64,000 nucleotides of DNA, taken from the NCBI RefSeq assembly GCF_009914755.1, contig NC_060933.1; one strand, written 5' to 3'. The notes under the pieces are model-generated. The model saw only the letters and a list, made by a program, of their open reading frames with translations, was not told the origin of the DNA and did not search any database. The DNA comes from the human T2T-CHM13v2.0 reference genome, Homo sapiens. A program made the translations under genes and the position numbers. Below, in pieces: positions 43,627-55,200 of this stretch (positions are counted from its first letter, which is position 1; every line of letters begins with the position of its first letter).

Positions 43627-45498
43627 CTTCCGGAATGGAATGGAATGGAATGAAATGCAATGGATTCAACTAGATTGCAATGGAATGGAATAGAATGGAA
43701 TGGAATGGAATGGAATGGATTTAAAACGAATAGAATGGAATGGAATGGAATGGAACGGAATGGAACGGAATGGAATGGAATGGAATGGAATAGAATGGAA
43801 TGGAATGGAATCATCCGGAATGGAATGGAATGGAATGGAATGGAATGGAATCAACCTGAGTGCAATGGAATGAAGTGGAATGGAATGCAATGGAATGGAA
43901 TTAACCCGAATACAATGGAATGGAATGGAATGGAACGGAATGGAGTGGAATGGAATGGAATCAACCCGAGTGCAGGAGAATGGAATGGAATGGAATGCAA
44001 TGGAATGGAATCATCCGGAATGGAATGGAATGGAATGGAATGGAATGGAATCAACCTGAGTGCAATGGAATGAAGTGGAATGGAATGGAATGGAATGGAA
44101 CAACCCGAATGGAATGGAATGTAATGGAGAGTAAGGGAGTTGAATAGAATCAATCCGAATGTAATGGAATGGAATGGAACGGAATGGAATGGAATGAAAT
44201 AGAATGGAATGCAATGGAATGGAATCAACCCGAGTGCAATGGAATGGAGAGGAATGGAATGGAATGGAATGGAAACTACCCCAATGGAATGGAATGGAAT
44301 GGAGGGTAAGGGAATTGAATAGAATCAATCCGAATGTAATGGAATGGAATGGAATGGAATGCAATGGAATGGAATCAACCCGAGTGCAATCGAATGGAAT
44401 CGAATGGAATGGAATGCAATGGAATGGATTCAACTTGAATGGAATGGAAAGAATGGAATCAACACGAGTGGAATGGCATGTATTGGAATGGAATGGAATG
44501 GAATCAACCCGAGTACAGGGGAATGGAATGGAATGGAATGCAATGGAATGGAATCATCCGTAATGGAATGGAAAGGAATGGAATGGAATGGAATGGAATG
44601 GAATGGAATCAACTCGATTGCAATCGAATGGAATGGAATGGAATTAACCCGAATAGAATGGAATGGAATGGAATGGAACGGAACGGAATGGAATGGAATG
44701 GAATGGAATGGAATGGAATGGAATGGAATGCAATGGAATGGAATGGAATGGAATGGAATGGAATGGAATGGAATGGTATGGAATGGAATGGAATGGTACG
44801 GAATAGAATGGAATCCAACGAATTGTAATGGAATGGAATTGAATGGAATGGAATGGAATGGAATGAACGCGAGTGCAGGGGAATGTAATGGAACGGAATG
44901 CAATGGAATGGAATCATCCGGAATGGAATGGAATGGAATGGAATGGAATCAACCCTAGTGCAATGGAATGGAGTGGAATGGAATGGAATGGAATGGAACA
45001 ACCCGTATGGAATGGAATGTAATGGAGAGTAAGGGCTTTGAATAGAATCAATCCGAATGTAATGGAATGGAATGCAAGGGAATGGAATGGAATGGAATGG
45101 AATGGAATGGAATGCAATGGAATGGAATCAACCCGAGTACAATGGAATGGAATGGAATGGAATGGAATGGAATGGAATGGAATGGAATGGAATGCAATGG
45201 AATGGAATCTTCCGGAATGGAATGGAATGGAATGGAATGGAATGCAATGGATTCAAATCGATTGCAATGGAATGGAATAGAATGGAATGGAATTGAATGG
45301 AATGGAATGGAATGGAATTAAACCGAATAGAATGGAATGGAATGGAATGGAACGGAATGGAACGGAACGGAACGGAACGGAGTGGAATGGAATGGAATGG
45401 AATTGTATGCAATGGAATGGAATGGTACGGAATAGAATGGAATGGAAAGAATTGGAAAGGAATGGAATCGAATGGAATGGAATGGAATGGAATGGAAT
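39290..45498 (+). repeat. Near-perfect tandem duplication, unit 3090 bp x2
   Basis: Identical ORF translations at offset 3090 (39432/42522, 40017/43107, 41254/44344, 41948/45038). One difference noticed (40635 T vs 43725 A). Confidence 0.93.
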
Positions 45499-48400
45499 CA
45501 ACCCGAGTGCAGGGGAATGTAATGGAACGGAATGCAATGGAATAGAATCATCCGGAATGGAATGGAATGGAATGGAATGGAATGGAATGGAATCAATCCG
45601 AGTGCAATGGAATGGAGTGGAATGGAATGGAATGGAATGGAACAACCCGAATGCATTGGAATGTAATGGAGAGTAAGGGAGTTGAATAGAATCAATCCGA
45701 ATGAAATGGAATGGAATGCAACGGAATGGAATGGAATGGAATGGAATGCAATGGAATGGAATCAACCCGAGTACAATGGAATGGAATGGACTGGAATGGA
45801 ATGGAATGGAATGGAATGGAATGCCTTCAAACCGAATGGAATGGAAAGGAATGAAATCAAAACGAGTGGAATGGAATGGAATGGAATGGAATGGAATGAT
45901 ACGGAATAGAACGGAATGGAACGAAATGGAATGGAATGGAATGGAATGGAATGGAATGGAATGGAATGGAATGGAATGGAATCGTTCCGAGTGGAATAGG
46001 AGGGAATGTATTCGAGTGGAATGGAAAGGAATGGAATCAACCAGAGTGGAATGGAAGGGAATGGAATGGAATGGAAACTAATAGAATGGAATCAACCCGA
46101 GTGGAATGGAATGGAAAGGACTGGAATGGAAAGGAATGGAATGGAATGGAATGGAATGGAATCAACGCGAGTGCAGGGGAATGGAATGGAATGGAATGGA
46201 ATGGAATGGAATGGAATGGAATTTAATCAACCCGAGTGCAGGGGAATGTAATGGAACGGAATGCAATGGAATGGAATCATCCGGAATGGAATGCAATGGA
46301 ATGGAATGGAATCAACCCGAGTGCAATGGAATGGAGTGGAATGGAATGGAATTGAATGGAACAATCCGAATGGAATGGAATGTAATGGAGAGTAAGGGAG
46401 TTGAAAAGAATCAATCCGAATGTAATGGAATGGAACGGAATGGAATGGAATGGAATGGAATGGAATGGAATGGAATGGAATGCAATGGAATGGAATCAAC
46501 CCGAGTACAATGGAATGGAATGGAATGGAATGGAATGGAATGGAATGGAATGGAATGGAATGATACGGAATAGAATGGAATGGAATGAAATGGAATGGAA
46601 TGGAATGGAATGGAATGGAATGGAATGGAATGGAATGGGATCGTTCCGAGTGGAATAGGAGGGAATGTATTCGAGTGGAATGGAAAGGAATGGAATCAAC
46701 AAGAGTGGAATGGAAGGCAATGGAATGGAATGGAAACTAATAGAATGGAATCAACCCGAATGGAATGGAATGGAAAGGAATGGAATGGAATGGAATGGAA
46801 TGGAATCAACTCGATTGTAGTGGAATGGAATGGAATGGAATGGAATGGAATGGAATGGAATGGAATGGAATCAACCCGAGTGCAATGGAATGGAGTGGAA
46901 TGGAATGGAATGGAATGGAACAACCTGAATGGAATGGAATGGAATGGAGAGTAAGGGAGTTGAATAGAATCAATCCGCATGTAATGGAATTGAATGGAAC
47001 GGAATGGAATTGAATGGAATGGAATGGAATGCAATGGAATGGAATCAACCCGAGTGCAATGGAATGGAGAGGAAAGGAATGGAATGGAATGGAAACTACC
47101 CGAATGGAATGGAATGTAATGCAGTGTAAGGGAATTGAAGAGAATCAATCCGAATGTAATGGAATGGAATGTAATGGAATGGAATGGAATGGAGTGGAAT
47201 GGAATGGAATTGAATGGAATGGAATGCAATGGAATGGAATCAACCCGAGTGCAATCGAATGGAATCAAATTGAATGGAATGCAATGGAATGGATTCAATT
47301 TGAATGGAATGGAAAGAATGGAATCAACACGAGTGGAATGGCATGGATTGGAATGGAATGGAATGGAATCAACCCGAGTACAGGGGAATGGAATGGAATG
47401 GAATGCAATGGAATGGAATCATCCGTAATGGAATGGAAAGGAATGGAATGGAATGGAATGGAATGGAATGGAATGGAATCAACTCGATTGCAATCGAATG
47501 GAATGGAATGGAATTAACCCGAATAGAATGGAATGGAATGGAATGGAACGGAACGGAATGGAATGGAATGGAATGGAATGGAATGGAATGGAATGGAATG
47601 CAATGGAATGGAATGGAATGGAATGGAATGGAATGGTATGGAATGGAATGGAATGGTACGGAATAGAATGGAATCCAACGAATTGTAATGGAATGGAATT
47701 GAATGGAATGGAATGGAATGGAATGAACGCGAGTGCAGGGGAATGTAATGGAACGGAATGCAATGGAATGGAATCATCCGGAATGGAATGGAATGGAATG
47801 GAATGGAATCAACCCTAGTGCAATGGAATGGAGTGGAATGGAATGGAATGGAATGGAACAAACCGTATGGAATGGAATGTAATGGAGAGTAAGGGCTTTG
47901 AATAGAATCAATCCGAATGTAATGGAATGGAATGCAAGGGAATGGAATGGAATGGAATGGAATGGAATGCAATGGAATGGAATCAACCCGAGTACAATGG
48001 AATGGAATGGAATGGAATGGAATGGAATGCCTTCAAACCGAATGGAATGGAAAGGAATGGAATCAACACGAGTGGAATGGAATGGAATGGAATGGAACGG
48101 AATGGAATGGAATGATATGGAATAGAATGGAATGGAACGAAATGGAATGGAATGGAATGGAATGGAATGGAATGGAATGGAATCGTTCCGAGTGGAATAG
48201 GAGGGAATGTATTCGAGTGGAATGGAAAGGAATGGAATAAACCAGAGTGGAATGGAAGGGAATGGAATGGAATGGAAACTAATAGAATGGAATCAACCCG
48301 AGTGGAATGGAATGGAAAGGACTGGAATGGAATGGAATGGAATGGAATGGAATGGAATCAACTCGATTGTAATGGAATGGAATGGAATGGAATGAAATGG

Positions 48401-50839
48401 AATGGAATTAACCCGAATACAATGGAATGGAATGGAATGGAACGGAATGGAGTGGAATGGAATGGAATCAACCCGAGTACAGGGGAATGGAATGGAATAG
48501 AATGCAATGGAATGGAATCATCCGGAATGGAATGGAATGGAATGGAATGCAAAGCAATGGAATCAACTCGATTGCAATGGAATGGAATGGAATGGAAAGG
48601 AATACATTGGAATCAACCCGAGTGGAATGGAATGGAAAGGACTGGAATGGAGTGGAATGGAATGGAATGGAATGGAATGGAATCAAGTCGATTGGAATGG
48701 AATGGAATGGAATGGAATGGAATGGAATGGAATTAACCCGAATAGAATGGAATGGAATGGAATGGAACGGAACGGAATGGAATGGAATGGAATGGAATGG
48801 AATGGAATCAACCCGACTGCAGGGGAATGGAATGGAATGGAATGCAATGGAATGGATTCAACTTGAATGGAATGGAAAGAATGGAATCAACACGAGTGGA
48901 ATGGCATGGATTGGAATGGAATGGAATGGAATCAACCCGAGTACAGGGGAATGGAATGGAATGGAATGCAATGGAATGGAATCATCCGTAATGGAATGAA
49001 AAGGAATGGAATGGAATGGAATGGAATGGAATGAAATCAACTCGATTGCAATCGAATGGAATGGAATGGAATTAACCCGAATAGAATGGAATGGAATGGA
49101 ATGGAACGGAACGGAATGGAATGGAATGGAATGGAATTGAATGGAATGGAATGGAATGGAACGGAAAGGTATGGAATGGAATGGAATGGAATGGAATGGA
49201 ATGGAATGGAATGGAATGGAATCAACGCGAGTGCAGGGGAATGGTATGTAATGGAATGCAATGGAATGGAATCTTCCGGAATGGAATGGAATGGAATGGA
49301 ATGAAATGGAATAAACCTGAGTGCAATGGAATGGAGTGGAATGGAATGGAATGGAATGGAACAAGCCGAATGCAATGGAATGTAATGGAGAGTAAGGGAG
49401 TTGAATAGAGTCAATCCGAATGTAATGGAATGGAATGGAACGGAATGGAATGGAATGGAATGCAATGGAATGGAATCAACCCGAGTGCAATGGAATGAAG
49501 AGGAATGGAATGGAATGGAATGGAAACTACCCGAATGGAATGGAATGTAATGGAGTGTAAGGGAATTGAATAGAATCAATCCGAATGTAATGGAATGGAA
49601 TGGAACGGAATGAAATGGAATGGAATGGAATGGAATGGAATGCAATGGAATGGAATCAACCCGAGTGCAATCGAATGGAATCGAATGGAATGGAATGCAA
49701 TGGAAAAGATTCAACTTGAATGGAATGGAAAGAATGGAATCAACACGAGTGGAAGGGCATGGATTGGAATGCAAAGGAATGGAATCAACCCGATTACAGG
49801 GGAATGGAATGGAATGGAATGCAATGGAATGGAATCATCCGTAATGGAATGGAAAGGAATGGAATGGAATGGAATGGAATGGAATGGAATGGAATGGAAT
49901 CAACACGATTGCAATCGAATGGAATGGAGTGGAATTAACCCGAATAGAATGGAATGGAATGGAATGGAACGGAACGGAATGGAATGGAATGGAATGGAAT
50001 GGAACAGAACGGAACGGAATGGAATGGAATGGAATGGAATGGAATGGAATGGAATGGAATGGAATGGAATGGAATCAACGCGACTGCAGGGGAATGGCAT
50101 GGAATGGAATGCAATGGAATGGAATCTTCCGGAATGGAATGGAATGGAATGGAATGAAATGCAATGGATTCAACTCGGTTGCAATGGAATGGAAAAGAAT
50201 GGAATGGAATGGAATGGAATGGGATTAACCCGAATAGAATGGAATTGAATGGAATGGAACGGAATGGAACGGAATGGAATGGAATGGAATGGAATGGAAA
50301 GGAATGGTATGGAATGGAATGGAATGGTACGGAATAGAATGGAATGGAACGAATTGTAATGGAATGGAATTGAATGGAAAGGAATGGAATGGAATGGAAT
50401 CAACGCGAGTGCAGGGGAATGTAATGGAACGGAATGCAATGGAATGGAATCATCCGGAATGGAATGGAATGGAATGGAATGGAATCAACCCGAGTGCAAT
50501 GGAATGGAGTGGAATGGAATGGAATGGAATGGAACAATCCGAATGGAATGGAATGTAATGGAGAGTAAGGGAGTTGAATAGAATCAATCCGAATGTAATG
50601 GAATGGAATGCAACGGAATGGAATGGAATGGAATGGAATGGAATGGAATGGAATGGAATGCAAAGGAATGGAATCAACCCGAGTGGAATGGCATGGAATG
50701 GAATGCAATGGATTGGAATGGAATGGAATCAACTCGAGTGGAAAGGAATGGAATGGAATGGAAAGGAATGGAATGAAGTCAACTCGAGTGGAATGGAATG
50801 GAATGGAATGGATTGGAATGGATTGCAATGGAATGAACT

Positions 50840-51032
50840 GGAATGGAATGGAATGGAATCAATCATGGAAGGGAATGTAATGGAGTGGAAAGAAGGGAAT
50901 GGAATCAACCCGAGTGGAACGCAAGGCAATGGAATGGAATGGAATGGAATCAATCATGGAAGGGAATGTAATGGAGTGGAAAGAAGGGAATGGAATCAAC
51001 CCGAGTGGAATGCAAGGCAATGGAATGGAATG
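50840..51032 (+). repeat. 91-bp tandem duplication of an atypical satellite module
   Basis: CAATCATGGAAGGGAATGTAATGGAGTGGAAAGAAGGGAATGGAATCAACCCGAGTGGAA(C/T)GCAAGGCAATGG starts at 50860 and at 50951. I did not see it elsewhere in the window. Confidence 0.92.
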
Positions 51033-51235
51033 GAAAGGAATGGAATGCAATCAACTCGATTGCAATGGAATGGAATGGAATGGAATGGAATGGAATTAAC
51101 CGGAATAGAATGGAATGGAATGGAATGGAACGGAATGGAATGGAATGGAAGGGAATGGAATCAACACGAGTGCAGGGGAATGGAATGGAATGGAATGCAA
51201 TGGAATGGAATCATCCGGAATGGAATGGAATGGAA

Positions 51236-51272
51236 TGGAATAAACCCATTCCGTTCCATTGTACTCGGGTTG
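51236..51272. other. Inversion breakpoint (strand switch) within the satellite array
   Basis: Sequence reads tggaataaa-CC(C)-attccgttccattgtactcgggttg. The left side is a truncated TAAACCC[GAG] module and the right side starts CCATTCC. The CC at 51246-51247 is shared by both. Confidence 0.97.
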
Positions 51273-51999
51273 ATTCCATTCCATTGCATTCCATTCCATT
51301 CCATTCCATTCCATTCCATTCCATTCCATTCCATTCCATTCCATTCCGTTTCATTCCATTACATTCGGATTGATTCTATTCAACTCCCTTACTCTCCATT
51401 ACATTCCATTCCATTCGGGTTGCTCCATTCCATTCCATTCCATTCCACTCCATTCCATTGCACTCGGGTTGATTCCATTCCATTCCATTCCATTCCATTC
51501 GATTCCATTCCATTCCAATTCTTTCCATTCCATTCTATTCCGTACCATGCCATTCCATTCCATACAATTCCATTCCATTCCATTCCACTCCGTTCCGTTC
51601 CGTTCCGTTCCGTTCCATTCCATTCCATTCCATTCTATTCGGGTTAATTCCATTCCATTCCATTCGATTGCAATCGAGTTGATTCCATTCCATTCCATTG
51701 CATTCCATTCCATTCCATTCCATTCCTTTCCATTCCATTACGGATGATTCCATTCCATTGCATTCCATTCCATTCCATTCCCCTGTACTCGGGTTGATTC
51801 CATTCCATTCCATTCCAATCCATGGCATTCCACTCGTGTTGATTCCATTCTTTCCATTCCATTCAAGTTGAATCCATTCCATTGCATTCCATTCCATTCG
51901 ATTCCATTCGATTGCACTCGGGTTGATTCCACTCCATTGCATTCCATTCCATTCGATTCCATTCCATTCCATTCCATTCCATTCCATTCCGTTCCATTC

Positions 52000-52295
52000 C
52001 ATTCCATTACATTCGGATTGATTCTATTCAATTCCCTTACACTCCATTACATTCCATTCCATTCGGGTAGTTTCCATTCCATTCCATTCCATTCCTCTCC
52101 ATTCCATTGCACTCGGGTTGATTCCATTCCATTCCATTCCATTCCATTCCATTCCGTTCCATTCCATTCCATTACATTCGGATTGATTCTATTCAATTCC
52201 CTTACACTCCATTACATTCCATTCCATTCGGGTAGTTTCCATTCCATTCCATTCCATTCCTCTCCATTCTATTGCACTTGGGTTGATTCCATTCC
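52000..52295 (-). repeat. ~165-bp local tandem duplication
   Basis: ATTCGGATTGATTCTATTCAATTCCCTTACACTCC...CGGGTAGTTTCC...CCTCTCC occurs at 52011 and at 52176. Confidence 0.8.
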
Positions 52296-55200
52296 ATTCC
52301 ATTCCATTCCATGCCATTCCATTCCATTCCATTCCGTTCCATTGTACTCGGGTTGATTCCATTCCATTGCATTCCATTCCATTCCATTCCATTCCATTCC
52401 ATTCCATTCCATTCCATTGCATTCCGTTCCATTCCATTACATTCGGATTGATTCTATTCAACTCCCTAACTCTCCATTACATTCCATTCCATTCGGGTTG
52501 TTCCATTCCATTCCATTCCATTCCACTCCATTCCATTGCACTCGGGTTGATTCCATTCCATTCCATTCCATTCAATTCCATTCCATTCCATTCCGGATGA
52601 TTCCATTCCATTGCATTCCGTTCCATTACATTCCCCTGCACTCGGGTTGATTCCATTCAATTCCACTCCATTCCATTCGATTCCATTCCATTCCAATTCT
52701 TTCCATTCCATTCTATTCCGTAACATTCCATTCCATTCCATACAATTCCATTCCATTCCATTCCACTCCGTTCCGTTCCGTTACGTTCCGTTCCATTCCA
52801 TTCCATTCCATTCTATTCGGTTTAATTCCATTCCATTCCATTCCATTCCATTCTATTCCATTCTATTGCAATCGAGTTGAGTCCATTGCATTCCATTCCA
52901 TTCCATTCCATTCCATTCCATTCCGGAAGATTCCATTCCATTGCATTCCATTCCATTCCATTCCATTCCATTCCATTCCATTCCATTCCATTGTACTCGG
53001 GTTGATTCCATTCCATTGCATTCCATTCCATTCCATTCCATTCCATTCCATTCCATTCCGTTCCATTTCATTCCATTACATTCGGAATGATTCTTTTCAA
53101 CTCCCTTACTCTCCATTACGTTCCATTCCATTCGGGTTGTTCCATTCCATTCCTTTCCATTCCACTCCATTCCATTGCACTCGGGTTGATTCCATTCCAT
53201 TCCATTCCATTCCATTCCGGATGATTCCATTCCATTGCATTCCGTTCCATTACATTCCCCTGCACTCGGGTTGATTCCATTCCATTCCATTCCATTCCAT
53301 TCCATTCCATTCCATTCCATTCCCCTGCACTCGCGTTGATTCCATTCCATTCCATTCCATTCCATTCCATTCCATTCCATTCCTTTCCATTCCAGTCCTT
53401 TCCATTCCATTCCACTCGGGTTGATTCCATTCTATTAGTTTCCATTCAATTCCATTACCTTCCATTCCACTCTGGTTGATTCCATTCCTTTCCATTCCAC
53501 TCGAATACATTCCCTCCTATTCCACTCGGAACGATTCCATTCCATTCCATTCCATTCCATTCCATTCCATTCCATTCCATTCCATTTCGTTGCATTCCAT
53601 TCTATTCCGTATCATTCCATTCCATTCCATTCCATTCCATTCCATTCCATTCCACTCGTGTTGATTCCATTCCTTTCCATTCCATTCGGTTTGAAGGCAT
53701 TCCATTCCATTCCATTTCATTCCATTCCATTCCATTCCATTGTACTCGGGTTGATTCCATTCCATTGCATTCCATTCCATTCCATTCCATTCCTTTCCAT
53801 TCCGTTGCATTCCATTCCATTACATTCGGATTGATTCTATTCAACTCCCTTACTCTCCATTACATTCGATTCCATTCGGGTTGTTCCATTCCATTCCATT
53901 CCATTCCAATCCATTCCATTGCACTCGGGTTGATTCCATTCCATTCCATTCCATTCCATTCCATTCCATTCCATTCCATTGCATTCCATTCCATTGCATT
54001 CCATTCCATTCCATTCCCCTGCACTCGCGTTGATTCCATTCCATTCCATTACATTCTATTCCATTCCATTCCATTCCATTCCATTCCATTCCATTCCATT
54101 CCTTTCCGTTCCATTCCATTCCGATCCATTCCATTCCAATCCATTCCATTCCGTTCCGTTCCGTTCCATTCCATTCCATTCCATTCTATGCGGGTTAATT
54201 CCATTCCATTCCATTCGATTGCAATCGAGTTGATTCCATTCCATTCCATTCCATTCCATTCCTTTCCATTCCATTACGGATGATTCCATTCCATTGCATT
54301 CCATTCCATTCCATTCCCCTGTACTCGGGTTGATTCCATTCCTTTCCATTCCAATCCATGCCATTCCACTCGTGTTGATTCCATTCTTTCCATTCCATTC
54401 AAGTTGAATCCATTCCATTGCATTCCATTCCATTCCATTCCCCTGCAGTCTGGTTGTTTCCATTCCATTGCATTCCATTCCGTTCCGTTCCATTCCATTC
54501 CATTCCATTCTATTCGGGTTAATTCCATTCCATTCCATTCCTTTCCATTCCATTCCATTCCAATCGAGTTGATTCCATTCCATTCCATTCCATTCCATTC
54601 CACTCCATTCCAGTCCTTTCCATTCCATTCCACTCGGGTTGATTCCAATGTATTCCTTTCCATTCCATTCCATTCCATTGCAATCGAGTTGAATCCATTG
54701 CTTTGCATTCCGTTCTATTCCATTCCATTCCGGATGATTCCATTCCATTGCATTCCATTCCATTCCATTCCCCTGCACTCGGGTTGATTCCATTCCATTC
54801 CACTCCATTCCGTTCCATTCCATTCCATTGCATTGTATTCGCGTTAATTCCATTCCATTCCATTCCATTCCATTCCATTCCATTCCATTACAATCGAGTT
54901 AATTCCATTCCATTCCATTCCATTCCAGTCCTTTCCATTCCATTCCTCTCGGGTTGATTCCATTCTATTAGTTTCCATTCCATTCCATTCCCTTCCATTC
55001 CACTCTGGTTGATTCCATTCCTTTCCATTCCACTCGAATACATTCCCTCCTATTCCACTCGGAACGATTCCATTCCATTCCACTCCATTCCATTCCATTC
55101 CATTCCATTCCATTCCATTTCGTTCCATTCCATTCTATTCCGTATCATTCCATTCCATTCCATTCCATTCCATTCCATTCCATTCCATTGTACTCGGGTT

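Larger units (their letters stand above)
11990..50660 (+). repeat. HSat3 sub-domain 2
   Basis: Uses GGAACAACCCGAAT, GAGAGTAAGGGAGTTGAATAG, CGTTCCGAGTGGAATAGGAGGG, GCCTTCAAACCG, CAACGCGAGTGCAGGGG, GGAATCTTCCGGAAT and ATTCAACTTGAAT. I do not see these before ~12 kb. Confidence 0.8.
1..51247 (+). repeat. Satellite III (HSat3) array, G-rich (GGAAT)n strand on +
   Basis: Continuous GGAAT pentamers interrupted every ~40-150 bp by CAACCCGAGT / CAACCCGAAT-type decamers. This matches the classical Satellite III pattern (ATTCC)n + A(C/T)TCGGGTTG. No unique sequence seen. Confidence 0.98.

Noticed and set aside
12000-50660. CRISPR-like alternation of repeats and spacers
   Set aside because: The apparent spacers are themselves recurrent satellite modules, the spacing is irregular, and there are no cas genes.
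51200-51300. Transposon terminal inverted repeat or insertion at the junction
   Set aside because: No target-site duplication, poly(A) tail or non-satellite sequence.
50480-51480. Possible perfect giant palindrome (fold-back) centred near 50980
   Set aside because: Only ~200 bp of modules mirror each other (50486-50600 vs 51361-51471). Beyond that the module order differs, so the arms are same-family but not mirror copies.
50574-51647. 357-aa ORF with a MEWNG half and an FHSIP half, resembling a two-domain protein
   Set aside because: It simply reads through the inversion junction. It marks the strand switch and is not evidence of a gene.
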